Shown: positions 1 to 11,269 of the stretch, one piece after another
How the letters are laid out: every line of letters begins with the position of its first letter
Numbering within the stretch: position 1 is the stretch's first letter
Assembly: GCA_964016885.1 (NCBI GenBank)
Contig: OZ024747.1
Span: forward strand, 81,902,001 to 81,966,000
Length of the DNA stretch: 64,000 nt
Direction: 5' to 3'
Source of the DNA: Eledone cirrhosa
Lineage: Eukaryota
Notes under the pieces: model-generated
What the model was told of the DNA's origin: nothing
The model's database searches: none
What the model saw: only the letters and a program-made list of their open reading frames with translations
Made by a program: the position numbers and the translations under genes

Positions 1-1240
1 TGTCGACCTTGAGAAAGCCTTTGACAGAGTTCCACGTGCTGTAATCTGGTGCGCTCTTAGAAAACTAGGAGTAGATGAATTGCTTGTGAAAGCGGTACAA
101 GCCATGTATAGGGGAGCAGTCAGAAAAGTTAGGATTAGCAATGAGTATAGCAAGGAATTTAGCGTACAGGTTGGGGTCCACCAGGGCTCTGTTCTTAGCC
201 CCCTCCTGTTCATCATAGTCCTGCAGGCAATAACAGAGGAGTTTAAGACCGGATGCCCATGGGAACTCCTGTATGCTGATGACCTCGCACTTATAGCTGA
301 ATCTATGGTAGAACTAGAGAAGAAATTCCAAACTTGGAAGCAGGGACTAGAAAGAAAGGGTCTCAAAGTCAACATGACAAAGACTAAAGTCCTTGTAAGT
401 AGACGAGAAAACAGAACCCAGATCCCCTCAGGGAAATGGCCTTGCTCAGTATGTAGGAAAGGTGTAGGTAGGAACTCCATTCTCTGCTCCAAATGCAAAC
501 AATGGGTACACAAGAGATGTAGCGGGATCTCAGGAAGCTTAATTAAGAATGTAGGCTTCACATGCAGCAGCTGTGCTGGGACAGCAAGCAGCAAACAGCC
601 ACAGGAAACAAGTACCACCAATCTCTGGGAGGGCTCTGTAGAAACAGTAGACAGCTTCTGCTACCTAGGTGACCGAATTAGCAGTGGAGGTGGGTGTTCA
701 GAAAGTACAATAACTAGGGTAAAAACGGGATGGGAGAAGTTCAGGGAACTACTACCACTGCTAGCTGCAAAAGGCTTCTCCCTCAAAATAAAAGGCAGAC
801 TGTATGATGCGTGTATCCGAACAGCGATCTTGCATGGTAGTGAGACCTGGGCGCTGAAGGTGGAAGACTTACGTAGATTAGAGAGAAACGAAGCCTGCAT
901 GCTCCAATGGATGTGTAACAGTAATATACGTGAACGACAAAGCATAAATGAATTGAGAGAGAGACTGAGCATAAGAGGAATCAAATGCTGTGTGTAGGAG
1001 AGGCGGTTGCGCTGGTATGGACATCTGATGCGTATGAAGGATGACAGCTGCATAAAAAGGTGCAGAGCACTAGAAGTCGATGGAAACCGCGAAGTGGGGA
1101 GATCTAAGATGACCTGGGATGAGGTGATAAAAGCCGACCTTACCCAATTACACCTCTCAAAGGCGATGACACACGACCGTGACCTCTGGCGGGCGTCACG
1201 CAGTAATACAGAGTACCCGACCTCCCATGGGTACAAGCTG
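1..1240 (+). pseudogene. RTE ORF (reverse transcriptase) of copy 1, disrupted
   Basis: TAG at 995-997 where copy 2 has CAG; a 4-nt insertion near 1190 shifts the C-terminus. Confidence 0.9.
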
Positions 1241-1543
1241 AAGCATATAGACAATATGCCCCCACACCCCCCACTGCAAGGTGGTCGTGGAGGTGCCACG
1301 GCAAAAAAGCACCCAGCCCACACTGTAAAGTGGACGTGTAGGCGCCACGAAAAAGCACCCGGCACTCACTGAAAATGAGGTTGGGGTTAGGAAGGGCATC
1401 CAGCTGTAGAAATCAAGCCAAATCAGTTCCTGTATGAGCAAGGCATGGTCAGCCGACCAGACACTGCCCACAACAGGACAACCCATCTAACCCATGCTAG
1501 CGTGAAAGAACAGATGTAAAACAGTGATGATGATGATGATGAT
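1..1543 (+). mobile_element. RTE-clade LINE, subfamily A, copy 1 (cut by window start): RT + PHD insert + C-terminus + 3'UTR + (GAT)n tail
   Basis: Translation shows [34 protein letters not shown] and RWYGHLMR; the 3' end is CCATGCTAGCGTG...(GAT)n. Colinear with 15421-16947. Confidence 0.95.
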
Positions 1544-1955
1544 ATCTATATATATATCTATATATATCTATCTATATATATATATCTATATATATATATC
1601 TATCTATATATATATATCATCTATATATATCTATCTATGTATATATATCATCTATATATATATATCATCTATATATCTATCTATCTATATCTATATATCT
1701 ATCTATCTATATCTATATATCTATCTATCTATGTCTATATATCTATCTATCTATATCTATATATCTATCTATCTATATCTATCTATATATCTATCTATCT
1801 ATATCTATCTATCTATCTATCTATCTATATCTACCTATCTATATATATATATATATATATCTCTATATATATATATCTATATATATATATATCTATATAT
1901 ATCTATATATATCTATATATTTATATATATCTATATCTATCTATATATATATATA
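1544..1955. repeat. Compound (TA)n/(TATC)n microsatellite
   Basis: Directly visible; source of the spurious IY-rich ORFs. Confidence 0.97.
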
Positions 1956-2111
1956 AAGAATTAGTATATCTACCAAACATATATATAGAGATGCATACCT
2001 ATGGTAGCAAATATATAGGTTTTTTCTTAGTTTATTCCCTTTCAGAAACTAATTAGTTGGAGTGAAATTTTAGTATGTAAGTTAATTTTTATAATTTTCT
2101 TATTTTACGTC

Positions 2112-2144
<33 letters not shown>

Positions 2145-2147
<3 letters not shown>

Positions 2148-2450
2148 TTTCTGAATTTGTTTAGCAAGATTCTTTATCTGAAAATGTGTGTTGAAACCGA
2201 TATTGTTATACTTTGGGAGGGTCATGTTGCCAATAAGAAACACACGCACCAGTTGCTTTCACTTCAATTTATTATAATCAATTTATAAATTTAGGAATTT
2301 ATAAATTTCCGGTTGGCTGGTTGGTTCCACAACCAGATGGTTGTTTATATATTGTCAAAGTTCTTTCGTCACACATTCTGTGACCTCTTCAGTGACTGGG
2401 GATTCTTTTCTTTGTTTTTGTGCCTCTCCTTTGTTCTGTCCTACGCCATC
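2145..2450 (-). mobile_element. Short (~305 bp) non-coding element between two (TA)n tracts, Penelope-like/retrozyme-like
   Basis: Bounded by (TA)n on both sides; its 3' half recurs at 3864-4106; contains a hammerhead motif. Confidence 0.65.
2354..2396 (-). ncRNA. Minimal type I hammerhead ribozyme motif
   Basis: Minus strand reads GTCA-CTGAAGA-G-GTCACA-GAATG-TGTGAC-GAAA-GAAC-TT-TGAC: stem I GTCA/TGAC, CUGANGA core, 6-bp stem II, GAAA, 4-nt loop, UH. Confidence 0.65.
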
Positions 2451-2462
2451 TATATATATATA

Positions 2463-2523
<61 letters not shown>

Positions 2524-2525
<2 letters not shown>

Positions 2526-3641
2526 GGATGCCGTGGCTGACGATGCGCAAACACGCGCTCAGGCTGCGTCATCTCTACGTATTCCTCACCGGACAACCGG
2601 TGTGGGCCCCGTTTGTGAGGCAAGCCTTCCCACGACTCATCTCGCTGACCGAGCTGCAGTCCTGGGTCAAGCAAAGACAGAGGAAAATGGGCGACTGGCA
2701 CATCGAATGTGCTCAGGCGCTCACAACCCTCTGGCAGGCCAATCAGTGGAGACTCCACTTCGTCATTCTATAGAGGGTTGATCTGCAGCAAGTGCGACGA
2801 CGCACTCGGTGAAACTCTAGGCGTAGAGGAAGATGAGCTGGCCAGTCTGTTCGGTAGGACCTTCCGCCCAGGACCGATGGACGACTTCCAAAAGTCCCTG
2901 GGCTGGTAGTGCTACCGAGGAGCTCTACCAGTTCGAGATAAGCTCTACAGACATGGGCGCCTGGGCAGGGACCCTGCAAAAAAGATCTGTCCGAGGTGCG
3001 TGCGTAACGAAGAAACCGTCGCGCACGCATTCATACACTGCCTGGGCGTCATTGACCTGTGGGGCTATGTAGAACGACTATTGTCGCGGGTGGGACCAAT
3101 CCGGTTGACCACCGAGTCCATTGTCATGATCAAACCGCCACCCTCCTTCAAAAACGAAGGAGAGGCGGTTTTCCTTTGTGTGATAGCTATGACGAAAGAG
3201 GTTGTATGGTGGACAAGGTTGAAAGGGCTGAGGTCAGACCCATTTCTTTCCGGCCAACAACTGATTCTTTTTTTTCAAATACCACTTTGGAAGAAGAATC
3301 AGGATGGAGAGAGAGGTGTTGTACCCCAGCAAGTTTTATGAAAGGTGGGTGAAAGTGGCGAGAATGTCCCGAGTGAATGGGCCTTCTCTCTAGATCAGCC
3401 TGTAGGTTGAGGAAAAGGAGGAGGAGAGGAAAGGAGTACAAACTCTTCGCACTCCTGGAGATAATGGTTGCACATTTTTTCGGGGGTATGTGTTACCCAT
3501 ATAAGCTGTCTCCCCCTATTGGGGAAAATCGACTAATTTTTTAAATTACATTTGTGATAACATTTAAACGTTTTTATTGTATGTAAACTTCCCCCTTTGT
3601 ATTTGTCCCCTTCTTTTGTGCCCCTGTAGCTAATAAAGAAA
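2524..3641 (+). mobile_element. 5'-truncated L1/Tx1-clade LINE (ORF2 C-terminus with CCHC zinc knuckle + 3'UTR) inserted in (TA)n
   Basis: Frameshifted translation GMPWLTMRKHALRL...ALPVRDKLYRHG...CPRCVRNEETVAHAFIHC (2988-3041; zf-RVT-like); ends with AATAAAGAAAC followed by (TA)n; GC-rich relative to flanks. Confidence 0.85.
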
Positions 3642-3647
3642 CATATC

Positions 3648-3689
<42 letters not shown>

Positions 3690-3829
3690 GAAATAAACAA
3701 GATAGAGATGCAGTTTATTTATTTAGATGTGTATGCAAGTATAACAAAGCAAGCATGAAAGGCTGATGCTGAATATGTGTGTGTATGTGTATATACACAC
3801 ACATGCCTGTGGTCATTAAATGATATGTG

Positions 3830-3863
<34 letters not shown>

Positions 3864-3867
<4 letters not shown>

Positions 3868-4106
3868 TGTTATACTTTGGGAGGGTCATGTTGCCAATAA
3901 GAAACACATGCACCAGTTGCTTTCACTTCAATTTATTATAATAAATTTATAAATTCCTAAATTTATAAATTTATTATAATAAATTGAAATGAAAGCAACT
4001 GGTGTGTGTCTTTCTTATTGGCAACATGACCCTCCCAAAGTATAACAATATCGGTTTCAACACACGTTTTCAGATAAATAATCTTGCTAAACAAATTCAG
4101 AAACGA
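3864..4106. mobile_element. Fold-back copy of the 2145-2450 element (short inverted arm + long arm)
   Basis: 3864-3955 is nearly the reverse complement of 3959-4051; 3945-4106 matches the reverse complement of 2145-2308. Confidence 0.85.
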
Positions 4107-4986
4107 AATATATATATATATCACAATACAGTTATCGGTTATGCATGTACAGCATCATAATTCAGATATCAAATGATAAGATATGCCAACCTTGTGATTT
4201 CCTGCTAGTTATATAATGAAGCATATCGTATTCACAATGTAATCCTAATATCAAATTATGGCAACCATAATTTTATCATGCCATTATTCGACTCTGAAAC
4301 TAGATATTGTTAGCTTTAATACAGCCTTTTTATTAATTATTTAATAATCCAGAGTTCCCAAAGCTCAACATGGGTATTTATTACATCATAAATCAAATAA
4401 TACTTATTTACAAAATTAATTAAAAAGGATGAACCTTCCTTCCAAACAGGAATGAGGTGATATTACATTCCATAATATATTGTGATAAATAAAAAAAAAC
4501 TCAAAGAACATAGGAGTAAACAATTACAACAGAAAGAACATTATTATTTTAGTACAGAATATAATTTGTAAACTTATTCCTCTAACATTATCAACATTAC
4601 CATCTGTTATTTACTTTCCTTCACAGAAGTGTGTTTCACATTTCCATAATTTTTTCTCTTGCAATTTGATCTTATTAACAACTAATGAAACACTGTCTTT
4701 ACTAACAGGCTTGTTATTCCAAGCTCTATTTCGTAACACACTTTTTATGAAGATGTATCATCCCCTCTTTTCTCATTATATACAACATAAACATCATCTT
4801 ATGTTCTTGTTTAATATATCAAGAGACACTTCAATGTTTCAATCCCTTTCTCCAACCACTGAGGCTAACTCTAATTTACTATTTTACAAGATAAGACAGT
4901 CATGGACAACTATTTACTCACTTGTCTGAATCCAGCAACTGTGAATTAGCTGATATAGATAGAATCCTATATAATATAAATATATA

Positions 4987-5090
4987 ATAATTGTTTCTAC
5001 TTTTGGCACAAGACCAGCAATTATACCAGTGCATTACTGGTGTTTTATTTTATCGACCCCGTAAAGATGAAAGGCAAAGTTAACCTCAGC
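4987..5090 (-). mobile_element. tRNA-derived SINE family 1, 3' part
   Basis: ATAATTGTTTCTACTTTTGGCACAAG...GATGAAAGGCAAAGTTAACCTC matches the full copies. Confidence 0.85.
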
Positions 5091-6044
5091 CTTTCATCCT
5101 TACGGAGAGGTTAACGGAACTAGCATAAGGTTTCCCTGCTAGTACCGGTTGCATCTCAGTGTACTCAATAGGTAAGGTTATGTATAAATCCCAGAGTAGA
5201 CAGAAAGTTATTTGCCATAGTTGCTTGCTATAAATAATAGCTTCCAAAACTGGGTAAAGTACTACTAACGATGGAAAAAATAGGCCAGCAGCCGCAGTGA
5301 AGAATCAAACTCTGTACCACTTTTCCTTCATCTATAGGGGTATTACCCAATTATCTATACTATTGTTTTACATATATGCAAGGTGTGATGATATATAGAA
5401 ATAGGAATTACAATAATCTAAGAATAAACTAATCAAAGTGCAGAATTAATAGAAAAACAAACTAGAAGGTTAGCTCTGAAAACGCCACCTATACCAATGT
5501 GTAAACCATTGTTATTGAAATTTTGAACATTTATAACAAACTATTCTCTTCTTCTGAAATGCTATGTAATCTATAGCACTAAATATCATTTCTATAGACT
5601 AGAGAGATACATGACTTCTAGATCTCATCTGGACAGATATAAAAAAATAAAATCTATCAGTTATTATTTGTGGGACTTAAAATAGAAACTTCCTGTATAA
5701 ATTACAAAGTTTGACATAATATAATAAGAAATAATTGTAACAAGTAGTAGTAAAAATGTTACAATAACAGTTTATGTGGACAACTTATGCTGGTAAACAC
5801 AAAGGCATCTCAAAATCAATTAATTCTTGAATAAATAGCTGATAGTTTCTCAGCAAAACGAAGAACAGTGATACATATAAACATATTAGAAAATATTATA
5901 AATTGTCAAAACATTTTTGACTGGAACTAAAATAGTTTTATAACACATTGTGTATGGATGACAGATTAGATGAAAATTTAGTAGAGAGTCAATGTACCAT
6001 AATGTGGCATGGCATTGTATAGGCTTATGTATCACATACTAATA

Positions 6045-6202
6045 GGCGTTGAATTGGCAGAGTTGTTAGAACATCAGATAGAATGCTTTATGGTAATCGT
6101 TCCGGCTCTCTGCTCACTGAGTTCAAATCCTGCCGAAGTCAACTTTGCCTTTCATCCTTTCGAGGTCGATAAAAAAGTACCAATCTAGTACTGGGGTCAA
6201 TT
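6045..6202 (+). mobile_element. tRNA-derived SINE (older relative of family 1)
   Basis: A-box-like TTGGCAGAGTTG, B-box GAGTTCAAATCC, central GCCTTTCATCCTTTCGAGGTCGATAAAA. Confidence 0.8.
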
Positions 6203-7398
6203 CTTCCTTTCTCTGGAAGAAATCTGCTGTACTCAGGCCTGGAGAGGGATGGGCTCCACCAGGCTTAAAATGCCAAAGAGATAACATATGTCAATATGGC
6301 ACCCCTACGACTATCAGGAGTTACAGGACCATAACATACCATACTATCACATACTAAGGAATTTCAGATAATCACATATTGTAGTAAAATACAAGACAGG
6401 AATAGAAGTACAGAGCTCAATACTGAAACAATTTGAAAAAAAAAAAATTAATAATAGAGTTTATTAATCGAGCAGATGGTTTTTTTCTATTTACTCTAAT
6501 AGCGACTGAAGAGATGTCTTCTCAGATATAGATACAGTCTGCTACAGTCTGCTACTTTGAAGTGTAGCTCATCTTTGTAAAATGTACGGCAATTAACACA
6601 GTTTAACAAGAACAAAATATAGCAATGCTGACATGTATATACATATAGCAGAATATAGAATCTTGACACAGAAAAGTCATTTTATTTCCATTTCAAACAG
6701 AAATAATATTGTAAAATTACCAATAGTTATTTTTATGAACATGAAACACTACTTCAGATGGGATTCTTAGTTGCTTTAATGAAATGCCAGTATTGTATCA
6801 CTTAACTATATATGTATAGATGTTTGCAAGCATTTACCTAACCCCTTTCATATGTTTATATATATCTGAGAAGAGATGAAGGAAAGAAAACTGTATCATG
6901 TTATACTAAACACAAGCAAACCGGTATGATATATGTAATATAACACAAACATGCACGTTGGTTGATGAATCTTCAAAAGAACTATTGATAAGCCACATCT
7001 ACTCCTACTAATACTACTACAATGGTTCTATGTTTCTTATCAGATGTTTTGTCACTTATGATGTAGATTTAATTCTGTGTGTCATATATCTTAGATATGT
7101 ATTCAAATATGCAGGAAGATAAATATTGTAAGCTTGAATTTGGATGTGTATGCATATGTGTGTGTGTGAGTATTTGTGCATTTATATATGCATATATTTA
7201 TTCATTTGACATATACACATATGTAAATATTACATAACCATAGTTATATAAAAACATATGCATAAACGAAATTACACAAAACATTTATATAATATACCAA
7301 TGACATATATATATTTGAACACATATATAATTTACAGAAGTAAAAATTACCATTATTTTATATATTTCTTTCTAATGGCTTCTAATATTTTCTTTCAG

Positions 7399-7481
7399 GC
7401 CACATGATTCACGTAAAAAGCAATGACACCTTTGTCATATTTCACCCTGATGCACATAAGAACAAAAGAGAGAAGAACTAT
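7399..7481 (+). CDS. Candidate host coding exon (HMIHVKSNDTFVIFHPDAHKNKREKNY), product unknown
   Basis: CTAAT branch-like motif and TTTTCTTTCAG acceptor, 83 nt open in exactly one frame, GTAATA donor; no homology recognised. Confidence 0.35.
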
Positions 7482-8670
7482 GTAATATTTATCTCTTTTG
7501 TGTGAATTTGTTTTTATATTCTCACAGAAATGTGCCTGGATTCTTTTTATTTCACTGTTATCTGACATAGGTTTAAAATGAAAATAAAAATAAATGCAGA
7601 AAAGCTAATATAGAAAGGAATATATCACTTGTGTTGAAACTATCATTATTACCAATAATAATATTTTTTTGTAATTTTTTGCAATGACTAGTTTCTTGTT
7701 AGAGAAAGGACTAGACAATCATTATCTTGAATGTTTTTTGTTATGTAATGTATATAATTATACTACAAATGACTCTGAAGTTCCACATCAATTATTCCAT
7801 CAGATGATTTTATTGGGTAATGAAGATGTTTGATAAAAGGCAAATCTATGTAGGCAAGTACCATATATCTTCATTAGTATACAAAACAAACTCACCGATT
7901 TCAACATGTATGTATTCTTTTACATGCTCTCATTGGTGCATAAATACGCATAAACTTAATACCACTGACTCTTGGGTAATTGAAACAGAGCCCATTCTGT
8001 TGCAAGTATTCAGATCTGAGAGATAACCCATCAATTGTAATTCCTTCCTCCCTTTTCCCTCAACAAACATGTCATGTGATTGCCTTTTGTCTGTTGACTA
8101 AACTATACCATTTTATTTAAATTACACATGCGCACATCAGTAATGGACGTCATTCTCTACTGTACTTGACATTCAAAAGATTAGTATTAGAAAATTTATA
8201 GATCTGTAAAATTATTTACTCAATATATTCAGATAGGCATATGAAGAATGAGCCAAGACAGAGAAATAAAAATAAAATATTTGCATATACATATATGTAT
8301 GGATTTATATAGATATGAAGATCAATGTTGGACTCTTTATTGTAATCATCTCAAACCTTCCCATAACTATTATATTTTCTCTTAACCAATAAAGGTTACT
8401 AAATTTGACAAATTTTCATGACTGCATTATTGACAGTTGGATGAGCAATCAGTATACACCAATAATCCATAGAGAAATACATATGCAGAATTTGCAGGAG
8501 TATCCAACTTATGCAGACATAATGAACTCGTAATAAACAGTTGAAGAAAACTCACTTGAAAATGAATTTGAAACATTTGTGGAAAGTTGCATTTATTCAT
8601 TTATATATATATCATTAGAAGAGTGTTATACTTTGCTTGAAGCATTGCAGAATATGTAGAAAAGAGTTGT

Positions 8671-9018
8671 TTTTCTTTAATAGAAAACGATAGTAATGCA
8701 AATCGAACAAGTATATAAAATAACAAGAAAATATTGAAATGTTATTTTCAAAATATTTAATTGGTTCTGATATTGAGTAAACTACCCCTTTTAAAAAGTG
8801 TTAAGAGAACAGGAGATAGATGTAATTATTTGTATATCAATTACAGTGGCCTACCAAATTAATTCAACATGCCACTGTAATCGATATAGAATAATTATGT
8901 TTATCGTTTTCTTAATAGCCTTCAAAAAGACCTAAAATATATCAGAGCCAATTACATATCTATATGTAATTGCTATTTTTGTTCAATCTGCATTACTTGC
9001 TTTCTATTAAAAAGAAAA
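8671..9018. mobile_element. Degenerate palindromic (fold-back/MITE-like) element
   Basis: Nested inverted segments: TTTTCTTTAATAGAAA/TTTCTATTAAAAAGAAAA, AATTGGTTCTGATAT/ATATCAGAGCCAATT, ATCAATTACAGTGGC/GCCACTGTAATCGAT. Confidence 0.7.
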
Positions 9019-9190
9019 TTTTTTTCTTTATATATCATAATTATTGTCAACTTAATGTGTTATGCCATGCCGATATGAACATGTCATGATAAAAAAAAAT
9101 ATTTTCCATGTTGACATGATCCAGACAATTTATTCTTAAAATGATCTAGATTAACTTCTGATAGCAATTATATCACTATTTCTTTTGCAG

Positions 9191-9250
9191 TATAATGAAG
9201 GAATACGTGTATGCTTTATCAGAACTAAGTCTACCTATATAAATGAATGA
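9191..9250 (+). CDS. Candidate terminal coding exon (YNEGIRVCFIRTKSTYINE*)
   Basis: TTTCTTTTGCAG acceptor; phase-compatible with exon 7399-7481. An alternative frame (IMKEYVYALSELSLPI*) is also open. Confidence 0.25.
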   Translation, partial: YNEGIRVCFIRTKSTYINE

Positions 9251-9765
9251 TCCTTTATCATCTACAAGAAACTTTTTCCCACTTGAACTGCAATTAAGAT
9301 CTGTTAGTTACTGACAGTGTAAAGGTTTCCTTCAACAGCATAACTATTATCAACACCGAAATGTCTTCATCATTCCTATCATTATTTTACATCCACTTTC
9401 CATACTAACGAGTTGAAGAACCATATCTTGCTCATATGTTCCATATTTTGGCTTGGTGTCTGTGGCCGAATGCTCTTCTTAATGTCAACTACTCTGCAAA
9501 GAATACTATTACTCAACTGAGTGCATTTTATTATGGCACCAGCACTGATATGTCAATATAAAATTCCATGTCGATCAAAAAATCTGGTTTCTCATCACTG
9601 AGTAGATAAAAGTTTTACCCATATTGGTCTAATCCATTTCTTTGCATTTAATTCTACCATTCCTGAAAACCATTTTGGTTAGTGCCTGTTTATTAAACGT
9701 TATGCACACCTTTCTCTTCTAACCTATTGCTTCAACTTCTACAACTGCCAGCCCTACTAATACTC

Positions 9766-10004
9766 ATCATCATCATCATCTTCGTTTAACGTCCATATTC
9801 CACGCTCGCATGGGTTTGGACGGGAGTTTTCTCACTTGAGGCAAGAGTGGTTGCCTTGCTCGCATAGGACTGTCTGGCGGGTTTTCTACGGCTGGATGCC
9901 CTTCCTAACTCCAACCACATTTACAGTGTGGAACTGGGAGGTTTTTACCATGTTACCTACATGGCCACATTACAGCGTGGACTGTGTGTTTTTTTGTCGT
10001 GACG
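9766..10004 (-). mobile_element. RTE subfamily B 3'UTR fragment with (GAT)n tail
   Basis: Near-identical to 32316-32553. Confidence 0.9.
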
Positions 10005-10429
10005 TTTATTATTATAAATGTAAAGGTGAGCATTATCCTGCATATACATGTTTTTCTTGATCAAGGTTTGCAAGATAGTTTGATTAGCACTTGAAGTAAT
10101 TTTACCAATGTCATTTTTGTTGTAACATAATGTTTAAATTTCACAGAAATAGATCAAACAGTGAAATGTTTTATGCCATAAGGAAGTAAGAGAGCAAAGG
10201 CTTCAGATGTTTGACATTCTGTGAAAGGAGGATAAAATAAAAGCCTTATATCTAGACTGCAAAATTGCAAATAGGAAAAAAAACAATGTTGAGGGGAAAT
10301 GTAAAGAGAGAGGATGGAGGCCAATATGCAATTATGTGGGTTGTGTGAGAGATGTACAATGTGGGAGCAGGCGACAAAGAAGGGGTTGAATTCAGATCAG
10401 AGCCAGGTGGGTGAGGTAAAAGACAAGAG

Positions 10430-10613
10430 ATAATTGTTTCTACTTTTGACACAAGGCCAGTAATTACCCAGTGCATTACTGGTACTTTATTTTATCAACC
10501 CTATAAGGATGAAAGGCAAAGTTAACCTTGGCAACATTTGAACTCAGAACGTAAAAGGCCATAACTATACTGCAAAGCATGGTGTCTAACGCTCTACCGA
10601 TATTGCCAATCCA
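10430..10613 (-). mobile_element. tRNA-derived SINE family 1
   Basis: Near full-length match to 38046-38238. Confidence 0.9.
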
Positions 10614-11269
10614 AGAGATGATGCTGATCAAGATGAGAAGGTGAAAGCCAAACATACATATACACAATTTCACATAGAAACACTATCCAGTTTAGAAAAG
10701 ATCACTGTATCCCTAAACAGATTGGCACTAGAAAAGGTAACTGGCCAAAGAATATTCCCTTGAAAAAGGCTCCACGATGAATGTAAAGTCCTGCAAAGCT
10801 AATGTCTAGGGAAAATAGCCATAAAATGCTTGTTCTGTGTTTTATTGAATGGTTCTAAAAAAATCACATCAATTACTGCATCAAATGTTGTCACTAAATA
10901 ATGGTGGTATAACATTGCTGATAAGAATAAAAATCTAGATAAAGACATTTTTGTAAAATTTGTTAACTATTGCTAATAATACCTACTAAATATGTCTATT
11001 TTTAATTTTCATGATACAAAATGCCAAGAGATCTTATTTTCTTCTTAAGTTTTTTGTTGTTAATACTTTGTTTTTTTTTTAGAGTTGTTGGTGATTTTAG
11101 TACTGCTAATTGTTGCTAATGGTTTTGTTTGTATTTTATGGTGTTGATAATAACAATGCTTTTATTTGTCATGATATGTTGATAAAAGAAATGTTTTGTA
11201 CTTTTGTGGCTTCTTGCCAGAAAATTATTTATTTTATTTATTTATTTATTTATTTTATTTAATCTGATG

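Noticed and set aside
661-1365. Antisense ORFs over RTE copies (also 15409-16524, 32984-34125)
   Set aside because: Shadow frames of the RT coding strand; boundaries not conserved between copies.
1524-2056. IY-rich ORFs (also 14780-15209, 26975-27364, 57376-58050 and similar)
   Set aside because: Microsatellite read-through artefacts.
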